Part shown: one piece after another, positions 26,288 to 35,966 of the stretch
Layout of the letters: each line of letters begins with the position of its first letter
How positions within the stretch are numbered: the stretch's first letter is position 1
DNA from: Zygnema circumcarinatum SAG 698-1b
Lineage: Eukaryota > Plantae > Zygnematophyceae
Assembly: GCA_037447605.1 (NCBI GenBank)
Contig: CM074815.1
Span: forward strand, 1,612,001-1,676,000
Reading direction: 5' to 3'
DNA: 64,000 nucleotides
The notes under the pieces: model-generated
Databases searched by the model: none
What the model saw: only the letters and a program-made list of their open reading frames with translations
Told to the model about the DNA's origin: nothing
Made by a program: the position numbers and the translations under genes

Positions 26288-26644
26288 CTTGAGCAGCTAG
26301 CTAGCCTAACGGAGCTCCTGCCTGTGCTCAAGCCTGCCTGCCTGCAGGGCGCCTCATGAAATGCTTGCCCTAACTCTGCCCGCCTCGCATAAGCTCCCCA
26401 TCCCTGCACTGCCCTGCCCTCCCTCCTCGGAGGGAAGGAGCCAGCTGCGCCCGCCCCTCTTGGAGCAGCAATTGCTTTTGGTGAAGGGGAGGCTCGGGTG
26501 ATTTTGGGTGCGGGCCGGGCCGCCACGTGGCGGGCCAGGAGGCCTCGCCGACACCGTGGACATCCTCCGTTCCATGCGTCCGCCAGTTCGGAAAATGCAG
26601 GCAATGAAACTGTACGCAGGACTGGCGATTTACATGTGCGGCAA

Positions 26645-26895
26645 GCGTACGGTCCTGCAATGTGAAGGCCAAGCTCCAGGGAATCGACTCCTAAGTCCTA
26701 AGAGAGGAGAGACTCCTAATGAGACAAAACAATCGTACGGAGTAATCGTACAGTGGGGGGTCCTCGTATTTTCCACCCTGTACAGTGCGCTCCCAAGAAA
26801 TTCGCCCCGATTTTGCCGAAACCACCTTTTTGTACGGTAACTCAATGTTAGCCGTATAATTCGTACAATCCGTACAGTTCGTACAATCCGTACGA
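26645..26895. promoter_or_regulatory. GTAC-core cluster with two TTCGTACAA (SBP/SPL consensus TNCGTACAA) sites upstream of VPS13X
   Basis: Nine GTAC cores in ~250 bp; 18-bp tandem ttcgtacaatccgtac(ag/ga) at 26860-26895. Confidence 0.45.
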
Positions 26896-27188
26896 TCTGT
26901 AGAATCTTCCCGCCGTAAGAGGCGCTCGCTCCTCTCCTCGTCTGCTCCATATACCATCCACATCAACCATCTACACGGCAAGCATATTGACTTTAAGTGG
27001 TGGTTTGGTATTGAGCGTCTTCCAAGTCGCACAAGGCACCCGTTTTGTTTCATTGCCGTGGAAGCCCGTCAACCCCCAGCCTAATATTAACTCACTCATT
27101 TATTTCATCATGGGTGTGCTCTTCCACTATTGATAATTATAGCATCATCAATGAGACGAACAACGCGAAGAGTGGAAAACTACGTGTA

Positions 27189-27292
27189 TGCGATACGATA
27201 CGGCACGGTACGATAGTTACTGAACGATACGGTACGCTATGGTACGATACGTCACGATATGGTACGCTTTTTGACGATACGATACGTACGAA
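27189..27292. repeat. Degenerate (CGATA/GGTAC)n pentamer array
   Basis: tgcgatacgatacggcacggtacgatag...gacgatacgatacgtacg. Confidence 0.7.
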
Positions 27293-27449
27293 CAAACATG
27301 AACTCTAACATGGTACCGAAAGCCTATTGGTAACACGAACCTCATATTTGCAAAATCAATATTTTCGCCCCTTTTTGGCCAATACCATGGCGAAAATATG
27401 AGGACCGCCACGCAACGCCAACGCCAAAACGACCTAACTTTGGTATGGT

Positions 27450-27487
27450 ACGACCGTACAACCGTACAAGTACGGTTGTACGGTCGT
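27450..27487. repeat. Perfect 18-bp inverted repeat with 2-nt loop (hairpin/cruciform)
   Basis: acgaccgtacaaccgtac-aa-gtacggttgtacggtcgt; the arms are exact reverse complements. Confidence 0.95.
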
Positions 27488-28057
27488 TAATTGTTCAAAA
27501 CGAGTGGGTATAATATATGTAATAAAGTGTTTTAATTTGTAATATATTACTAATTTTAAACCCGTTGTAAAGTATATAATATATTCGGAATTTATAACGC
27601 GGGCCATCCCTAATCTAGAGGCACCGCGGGCAGCAGAATTTGTCCTGCTCGATGGTGCCCGTTTGGTCCGTACGACAACTCGACTTTGTATGCTCAGAAT
27701 TTGTGGCAATCGCGAACCGTCAGGTTGCCAGCGGGCAGTATCGTCGGGGTCGCATCGCGACGGCGGAGAGAATCGCCTTCTAGATTCAGAACTACAGTAG
27801 ATCTCTTCGTCGTTTTCTGCACGCCGTCGTGCTGTCACCGACCAACTGGATGTACAGCGGGTGGCACAATTTGTCCTATCGAACGGAAGGCCTCGATTTT
27901 TTGTTCAATCCATTTGTCGTTCGCGCCAAGCCCACAGGCCAGTTCCAAGCCGTGGGAAAAAGGGACTTTGATGCGCCAAGTCCCATGTTTGCCTAGTAAC
28001 CGTTAAACTGAACGGTTCCCGGATGGCCGTTGTCGCGACCAAAGGCCGTGACATCGG

Positions 28058-28200
28058 AACCAACCAACCAACCAACCAACCAACCAACCAACCAACCAAC
28101 CAACCAACCAACCAACCAACCAACCAACCAACCAACCAACCAACCAACCAACCAACCAACCAACCAACCAACCAACCAGCCAGCCAGCCAGCCAACCAAC
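28058..28200. repeat. (AACC)n microsatellite with an (AGCC)n end
   Basis: Direct reading; this tract produces the WLVG/NQPT repeat ORFs. Confidence 0.97.
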
Positions 28201-28450
28201 TGATAAATTGCTAGCCATTCAATTGATGTGGTATGAACCATGGGACCATGACATTGGAACGAACCAACCAACCAGCCAACCTACCAACCATGGGTCGCAA
28301 CAAACCTATCTTCGCAACCATTGGCAACGGTCGACCACTGGTTCCCCTCCCTCCCTCCCTCCCTCCCTCCCTCAGGGAGAAAGAGAGTTTCCAGGCCGCG
28401 GTGTAGAAAAAATGGAATAATCATGACTATCTATCTAAAATCTTAAAACA

Positions 28451-28478
28451 AATAATAATAATAATAATAATAATAATA
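28451..28478. repeat. (AAT)n microsatellite
   Basis: Direct reading. Confidence 0.9.
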
Positions 28479-28489
28479 AGTAAATAACA

Positions 28490-29405
28490 ATAAAGAGGAA
28501 ATTGGCATTGAACTCACGATGGCGAGGCCATCAAATGTACATGAACAAAAGCAGCAGCATTGGGGAACTACGAGGGACAGGTCGCGAAGGACCCAAGCAC
28601 AAAAGAAAAAAGCTAGGAGCAAAAAACTATGCCTAGGCACAACAACGCTTCAATCCCTCCCTCGAAGCAGCCGCGAAGGTCATTGAAGAACAACTCGTGC
28701 AGAGCCCCCCCTCACCCTCACTCTGTACGTGCCCAAGTGGGCCCTCAAAGAAAAGACCCCTTCGGATCGCCGAGTTCTCTCACTCCCTTCCTCCTCTCCT
28801 CCCTACAGCTCTCTACCCATTCCGCTCCTTGCCAAAGTTTTTTGCTAAAAACTGCGGAGGAATGTCGGCCACCTGGAGCCCCATTGCCGGCCGCTCGCGT
28901 GCTCAGGATCTCCCTTAGTCTCTGCACAAAGAGAGTGAGAGCGAGAGAGAAAGAGATATATAGAGTTGGAGAAAGTGAGAGAGCGGTGGGAGAAGGGAGT
29001 AGGGGAGAGAGAAGAGCTCGCGGGAGGGGAAAGAAGAAGGGAGGCAAAAAACGGAAAGGAGTAGGAAAGGAGAGAAGTGGCACGGAGACAATCTAGAGAC
29101 AAAATGAAAGCGTGAGACTCGGTCTACTACACAGTTCAAGGAAAAAAAACTGGGAATGGGAAGAACAAGGGAGAGCAACAGCAAGGTTGTCTTCGAAAAG
29201 AATCTCGATTATGAGAGTGCGAACAAAGGCTACGATGGCACAATTTGACAGAGTATCATGATAAACTGCCACTGAACGCCATGGCCCAAAAATGAGCTAA
29301 TCACATTGACTTTCCAGTTCTATCAATAAAAATAGCTTTGAATAATCAGTCATTAGTAGAAGGTCGCCCACCTGTACAAAAGCTGCTACGCTTCAAGAGT
29401 CGATC
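28490..29405. repeat. Copy 1 of a ~0.9-kb duplicated unit (3' flank of the LRR-lipase gene)
   Basis: Collinear similarity to 34915-35966 (direct) and 37108-37907 (inverted), e.g. gtacgtgcccaagtgg, gctcaggatctcc, gacaaaatgaaagcgtg, gtcattagta. Confidence 0.9.
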
Positions 29406-31646
29406 TTAATTTGGAAGCAATTGTTCCAAGATAAAGGCAATTCCATGAAGACTTCGTACATATTCAGAAACCTTCCCGAGATCATCAGACAAATGACCCT
29501 CTTTATGTTTCACCCTCTTAGAGATCATTGGTCTATGCCCATGCATTTGGCGGAGCGCAAAAGCCGGAATCGTGTGCGCATCGGAAACTACCTCCATGAG
29601 ATTTTGACGAGGGCGAGGTGATGTGGTCGGTCGACAATACCTGAGTACAAATTTACACAACTGCTCCAAGACTTGGACTTTGGACTTGGGATGTGCCTCT
29701 AAGGAGCTTAAAGGCTTATCCACAAGATCCCCCGTGTACAGAACGGTCCCTGGAGGTTGCAGCCTTCCTGCGAAGTGCACAATATCCCACTCGTGACGAA
29801 CCATGCAGATGTTCCCCTTCATCAGGTTTACATCTACTCCGCCAAAACACATAATTTTTTGAATGGTGTCTTCATCCACGCCAGGTGAGTTGAAGGTGAC
29901 CAGTCTGACATTGTTTTGCCGATGGAGCGGCTCCTCAATGCTCGCAAAGGTGTGCATTGCCAAAGCGCCCCCGAGGCTGTGGCCCGTTATCACCAACTTG
30001 ATCCCGTCACTGGCATCACGTCGTAGAGCGTTCTCCATCCATTCTTGTAAGTCCTCGTGTACGCTTTCGAACACTTCCTTCCCAACTGCATGTCGATTCA
30101 TGTCCTCTTTGACGCCTGTCGGAGCAAACTCCGCTTCAGGTTTGGCTCCATGAAACACAATAATGACGGCTTTCTGACCTGCTTGCTCGCCTTGTGGAAC
30201 CAGTTGGAAGGCAACACATCCTTCCGGGTGGCGAATGGAGTCATTTATTCTGTACTTCTTTGCATAGCAGCTCACAGATTCACAATGGATGTTTTCTCTT
30301 ACATTAAATTCGATGTCACTGTCATAAGTGCTGAATTTCTCATCCAAATACACCAACCAACAGGCCAGCATCTGCAGCGCAGCTTCCTCCATTGTCAACA
30401 TTTTGGAAATTTGTTTGTTGTAGTAGTCAATGACGGGGCCCCCAGCGTTGCTCACAAGCGCCTCTTCCGCTTCTTCCCAAAGTTCTTCAAATTCACGGTG
30501 TGTTTTTGAAGTGAAGTAAATCAAGTCTGCCTGGTCTTCAAATGACAGATCTTTCGGACAATAAAACAACGAAGTAGCATCAAAATTGAACCCCCTTGAA
30601 AATAAAGAATCCCTTCCACCTGGAAGAGTCGTAGGCAGACGGAGATTTTTCACTCTCGGCAAAGTGAGCAGCGGGTTCTCGCACACATCAAGCACTGTCA
30701 GTTTCCCTAGAGATGCAATTTCGGCTGGGATCGAGGTCAGCTCATTTCCCATGAGGAGTAATTCTTTCAGTTGACGAAGTTGGCCAATTTCCGCCGGCAA
30801 AGAGCTCAAGCGGTTGTAGTTCAGCCATAGCACTTCCAATTTTCCTAGAGATGAAATTTCGGCCGGGATCGAGGTCAGCTCATTTCCGTTGAGGACCAAT
30901 ATTTCAAGTTGACGAAGTTGACCAATTTCCGCCGGCAGAGAGCTCAAGCGGTTATTGTCCAGCCATAGAGTCTGAAGGTGCTTCAATTCGCATATGCTCT
31001 TCGGCAAACACGACATCTGATTGGACCCCAAATTCAGCTCTGATAGCGCACTCCACCGAAGAATGGGCGCTGGAAATTCTCGAAGCTGATTGCTGCTCGC
31101 CCTGAAGATAGTGAGATTACTCAGCATCTCTTGATCCATAATTTTTTCTATCTTGTTGTCGGTAAGGTCCAGCGTCTGGAGATGCGGCATCTCAATTCTG
31201 GGAACAACCTTGAAATTGTTGCCATGTGCATAAAGAATCCTTAAGGATGACCAATTCTCCAATGGTGGCAAGATTCCCAAATGGCAGCCGTTGAGATCAA
31301 GCTTGTACATTCTGTCACTCGACCGGTTGAAATAAACAAGCAGAGACTTCATATAGGCTCTCCTCAAGCTGACAGATCCTGCGGAATCGGAGGCTTGGTC
31401 CTCTGCCATCTTTAAAAGCAAACCCACCAGTTTTACTGCCGCGAATTCGACAGTCGCCCCCTCCTCAGGACGGCAGTGATCCGTCTCCTTCTTCCACCAT
31501 TTCCGCAGCTCTGAGAATAGTGCGATTTCTTCTTCTGAGAATTGGTCTCTGAATGTTTCCCGAAGAGAGGACCACTGGGCCTCCAACGATTGCAACCATT
31601 GCTCGTATTGAGTATCGCGCGCTTGGCCGCCCTCCTCTCCCTCCAT
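29406..31646 (-). CDS. Intronless 746-aa LRR + class-3 lipase (alpha/beta hydrolase) fusion protein
   Basis: Uninterrupted ORF: helical N-terminus (~115 aa), ~10 LRRs (LxxLxLxxNxLxxLPxEIxxL, e.g. LWLDNNRLSSLPAEIGQL), then lipase motifs IIVFHG, ITGHSLGGALA (nucleophile Ser), TFNSPGV, HEWDIV (Asp) and DAHT (His). Confidence 0.92.
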   Translation of the reverse strand: MEGEEGGQARDTQYEQWLQSLEAQWSSLRETFRDQFSEEEIALFSELRKWWKKETDHCRPEEGATVEFAAVKLVGLLLKMAEDQASDSAGSVSLRRAYMKSLLVYFNRSSDRMYKLDLNGCHLGILPPLENWSSLRILYAHGNNFKVVPRIEMPHLQTLDLTDNKIEKIMDQEMLSNLTIFRASSNQLREFPAPILRWSALSELNLGSNQMSCLPKSICELKHLQTLWLDNNRLSSLPAEIGQLRQLEILVLNGNELTSIPAEISSLGKLEVLWLNYNRLSSLPAEIGQLRQLKELLLMGNELTSIPAEIASLGKLTVLDVCENPLLTLPRVKNLRLPTTLPGGRDSLFSRGFNFDATSLFYCPKDLSFEDQADLIYFTSKTHREFEELWEEAEEALVSNAGGPVIDYYNKQISKMLTMEEAALQMLACWLVYLDEKFSTYDSDIEFNVRENIHCESVSCYAKKYRINDSIRHPEGCVAFQLVPQGEQAGQKAVIIVFHGAKPEAEFAPTGVKEDMNRHAVGKEVFESVHEDLQEWMENALRRDASDGIKLVITGHSLGGALAMHTFASIEEPLHRQNNVRLVTFNSPGVDEDTIQKIMCFGGVDVNLMKGNICMVRHEWDIVHFAGRLQPPGTVLYTGDLVDKPLSSLEAHPKSKVQVLEQLCKFVLRYCRPTTSPRPRQNLMEVVSDAHTIPAFALRQMHGHRPMISKRVKHKEGHLSDDLGKVSEYVRSLHGIAFILEQLLPN

Positions 31647-31671
31647 GTTGGTACGAACGGACGGACAGGCA

Positions 31672-31707
<36 letters not shown>

Positions 31708-31740
31708 GAGAGAGGGGGAGAGAGAGAGAGAAAAAGAGAG
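31672..31740. repeat. (GA)n tract just upstream of the LRR-lipase ATG (TC-rich on the coding strand)
   Basis: Direct reading. Confidence 0.85.
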
Positions 31741-32044
31741 TAGTTGGGGAACTATGAGCCGGCCTCGCTGAGCGCACTACGTCACTTCCCGGCAAGCCGC
31801 GTTCCGCCGCCAACAGATCTGTCTGTCTCAGGTCTCTCTCAGGGTTGGACGGATGGCTTGGCTCTGTCAGAATACCTTGTCTTGTCTCAGAGACAGGTAG
31901 GTAGGTAGGTAGGTTCGTATCCTCCTCTACCACTCATACATCGTCCTCTGGTTGAAAAGCCTCGTCTATTTGCGTAACCTCCTCTATTGCTGCTGCTCAC
32001 GAACCTAGAGGTGGATACAATCGCAGACGTGGATTCAGAGGCAG

Positions 32045-32104
32045 AGGTGGAAGTTTTCCAGGTTGAAGTTTTCCAGGTGGAAGTTTTCCAGGTGGAAGCT
32101 TTCC
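32045..32104. repeat. 4 x 15-bp tandem repeat aggtggaagttttcc
   Basis: Units start at 32045, 32060, 32075 and 32090 with single substitutions. Confidence 0.95.
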
Positions 32105-33879
32105 CAGTTCAGCAAATTTGACGTTCAGCAGAGCAACCGTGAGGCTCCGTCGCGCTGCAAAAGCAATGAGGCTGAGGTGCTTTTAGGCTTACGTCATTCT
32201 TCTGTGCTCGACGCGGCGACCCCCTCCATGGCTGCCCGCGCCTGCCTCCTCGACTCGGCGGAACCTCTCAGAGTCGGAGTCCAGGCGCCATGGCTCTGGT
32301 CCAGCAGCTCAAAACGTCCCCCACAGTCCTCCAACCAAAAGAGGTAACCGTCCCGTCCACGCTTTCCCGCTGTCCGCCGCGTGGCGCAACAGCAAAGGCG
32401 CCAAATCCAAACGTGGATTAAGGGTAAACTTAAGGGTAAACGGTGAAAACTCAGAAATGTAGCCGGGAAAGTGTTGACAATTTGAGCCTGGTCCCTCCCA
32501 CTACTCTCACTCTCTGACATGCTTGCAATGTCTGAATCAATACAACCCTCAAGTGCACACACTGAAAAGAAAATGATCCAATCAAGCAGACACCGAAAGA
32601 GAATAAGTTGAACTCTCAGGTTAATTAACTCCTAATCAACACCTACTTAAATACTAAGCGCTGCACTACTCCACGTTCTACTGCACGCCGCCGCGCGCCA
32701 CCGCGCTCCACCGCACAGCGCACCTCCATGTCGCTGGTGATGCTCCACGTCTCCAGGAGCTCGCCTCGCACCGCGCTGGAACTCACCCTCATGGTCGCCA
32801 TGGCCAGGAGGGAGAAGGTCCGTACAGTTTCCTCCTTCCAAAGGCGCACCGACCTTCTCGAAGCTTCGCATCCACGCGCGCGCTTCTCCAGCGCCTGTGT
32901 TGGTCGTCCGTACATCCATGCGTCTCGTAAGCTCCGGACATTTCGTACGGTCGTCCACTAAAGCAATAAGCAATACAAAGCTGACACGCAGCCTATCGCT
33001 GCGCGCCACGTGTCCAAACTATACTTATCAATTCTAAGTAGACTCCTGTGGTGGCGCGGCCTATCGCCGCCCTCCACGTGTCCTACTCAGACTTCTCGTG
33101 TTCCCACTAAGAACAGCGCCCTAGCGCCCTGTTCAGACTGTGACCAAATCTCCTAAGGACCGCCGACAAAAGGCTAAGGACCGTACAGCGTACAATTCTA
33201 GGCTATACCCTTATTGTACCCAACAGAAAGCACCGTCCGCCGACAAGCTATACTCATCCCCCGGAGGGATACTTGTCGCCCCTCCCCTCCGTGGTCCTGC
33301 TGCTCCTCCCTCGCAGAAAGTAATCCTGCACTTGCAATACCTGTTTGTTGCTGCTGCTGCTAAGAAATCGTCCGTTTGTCTGCTGGTATTTCCGAACTTC
33401 ATTCCCCAATGTCTTAATGTTTCTGATGTCTCTGCGTTCCTGCATTTCTGATGTTTAAAAATCTACTGCATCTGCGAGGCTTGCAAAATCTGTCTTAGTT
33501 TCTGCAGTTTTTGGTCCTCTTGATTTTTTTGCAGTCTCTGCTAGTTTTCTGTTTCCGTTTGTTTCTGTACAACCTGCAAGTAAGAAAATATATTTCAGTC
33601 AGAAAAGTGATGATGAGGAGCATGAACAGGACGAAATACTCATAAAGCCCAGTCTTTTGAGTCTTTCGAGCATGAATTTATTCTGATTTTCTTATAGTTT
33701 ACAAAGTTGACGAGGTTTACTAAGTCGAAGGGGGAGTTTGGAGAAACGAGGACTTGAACGTTTCTTTGGTTTTTTTTTGCTTATTTCTGTGGACTGTGCA
33801 ATTGCAGATATGCTGAGGTCAGCCCTAATGGCGAGTATACTCGGAAGGGCCAGGCCAAGCTGGCTTATGGCGCTATGGT

Positions 33880-34385
33880 AGGTGTGGGAGAAGGGGGGAG
33901 GTAGAGGAGTGGGGAGAGAGAGGAGGGGGGAGAGAGAGACGGAGAGAAGGAGAGAGCAAGAGAAGGGAACGAATGAAGGAGAGGGTTGGTTGGGAAGGGG
34001 AGGGATACAGGAGAGCAGGGAAGGAAGTAGGCAGGAGGGGAAAGTGTGGGTGCTCGCGAGAGAGAGCGAGAGAGAGAGAAGGAGAGGAATAGGGAAGGGA
34101 GAGGGAGAGGGAGAGAGCGAGGACGGGCGAGAGTGGGGGAGAGGGAGAGAGCGAGGGAGAGGGAGAGGGAGGGGGAGAGGGAGAGGAAGAGGGGGAGAGA
34201 GGGAGAGTGAGAGGGAGAGAGCGAGGACGGGGCGAGAGTGAGGGAGAGGGAGAGGGAGAGAGCGAGGGAGAGGGAGAGGGAGAGAGCGAGGGAGAGGGAG
34301 AGGGAGGAGGGGGAGTGGGAGAGGGAGAGGGGGAGAGAGGGAGAGAGAGAGGGAGAGGGAGGGGGAGAGGGGGAGACAGAGAGAC
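33880..34385. repeat. GA-rich low-complexity tract with internal duplications
   Basis: gagagcgaggacgggcgagagtg recurs at about 34113 and 34217. The minus strand has a gac|gtgagt donor-like site at its edge. Confidence 0.85.
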
Positions 34386-34914
34386 TCACGTCCTCCCTCT
34401 CGTGCAGGTGCTTAACTTGTAGGTTAAACTGAACTTAAGGTTGTAGGTTTAGGGGGGATGCATATGTACAGGAGTTTTTTTTCTTTTATTTTTCCTTACT
34501 TTTTGGACGGTTTTTGAGGGTTCAGAAATTGATGGGCTCTTGAGGTTTTGGAAGCATCGAGTTTTCTTCACATGTACAGCAAATTGGAATGTGTTGAATG
34601 CTGCATTGCATTCATCGCCCATTTCCTTTTTTTCCTTCTCCTCTTTTTTTGTCAGTACTGTGCCATTGTGCCAACTGGTCTGTGCCTGCTGAAGAAACAA
34701 TGTATTATTTACAATCACAATGTACTATTGACAATCTCCCTCCGTTTGCCCCTCCAAGGCGATTTTTTTCTGTTCTGCTAAGTAAGCCGCTTTCACTCCC
34801 ACTCTCTCTACAAGCTGAAAATATTCACAAAAAAAGTAAATGGAAAAAAAAAGAAAAAACTGGAAAAATCATCAATATCCTAAATTTAAAAAAAAAAATT
34901 AAAGAAAAATAAAA

Positions 34915-35966
34915 TAAAGAGGAAAATGGCATTGAACTCACGATAGCGAGGCCATCAAATGCACATGGACAAAAGCAGCAGCATGGGGAACCACGAGGGA
35001 CAGGTCGCAAAGGAGCCAAGCACAACAGAAAAAAGCTAGAACGGAAAACTATGCCTAAGAACAACAACGCTTCAATCCCTCCCTCGAAGCAGCCGCGAAG
35101 GTCAACGAAGAACTCCTCCTCGTGCACAGCCCCCCTCACCCAACTCCCCCTCGTGCACAGGCCCCCCTCACCCTCACTCTGTACGTGCCCAAGTGGGCCC
35201 TCAAAGGGAAGACCCCTTTGCATCGCCGAGCTCTCTCACTCCCTCCCTCCTCTCCTCCCTACAGTTCACCACCCATTCCGCTCACTGCCAAAGATTTTTG
35301 CTAAAAATTGCGTAGGAATGTCAACCACTTGGCCCCATTGTCGCCCGCGTGCTCAGGATCTCCCTTAGTCTTTGCACAATGAGAGTGAGAGCGAGAGAGA
35401 GAGAGATGTAGAGTTGAAGAAAGTGAGAGAGGGATAGGAGAAAGGAGTGAGGGAGAGAGAGAAGAGCTCGAGGGAGGGGAAGGAAGAGGGGAGTCAAGAG
35501 AAGGAAAGGAGTAGGAAAGGTAGAAATGACACGGAGACTCTCCAAAGACAAAATGAAAGCGTGGGACTTGGTCTACTATGCAATTTAGGGAAAGAGGGCT
35601 GCAAACGCTCATGGTGGGAAGGAAGAGGAAGCGTGAGCCATGGGTTCGCGTTTGAAAGAGAGGGAACATGTAAAAGTTGGGGATGGAGAGGGAAGGGGAA
35701 AGGAGTGTGTGAGGCGGGAAGGAGGAAGGGAAAAACAAGGAGAGCAATAGCAAAGTTGTCTTTGAAAGAGAATCTCAATTATGAGAGTGCAAACAGAGGT
35801 TACAATGGCACAATTCGATAGAGTATCATGCCTTTGAACGCCATGGCTCAAAAATGAGCTAATCACATTGACTTTCTAGTTCTATCAATAATAACAACTT
35901 AGGTTAATTAGTCATTAGTAAAAGTAGCTCACTTGTACAAAAGTTGCCACGCTTCAAGAGTCGATC
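34915..35966. repeat. Copy 2 of the duplicated unit (direct relative to copy 1); 35080-35928 is the left arm of an inverted repeat
   Basis: Aligns to 28490-29405, with an extra ~130-bp segment that it shares with copy 3. Confidence 0.9.

Noticed and set aside
27905-28271. WLVG / NQPT repeat proteins
   Set aside because: Artefacts of the (AACC)n microsatellite.
32045-32104. Heat-shock elements
   Set aside because: GAA-to-TTC spacing is 3 nt, not the 2 nt required for nGAAnnTTCn.
32643-33009. hAT dimerisation-domain remnant (LWKEETVRTFSLLAMA)
   Set aside because: Only a vague resemblance; the key SERxFS motif and any other transposase sequence are absent.
33722-33740. Copia polypurine tract/LTR start (aagggggag)
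   Set aside because: No TG...CA LTR pair, PBS or pol fragments were found nearby.
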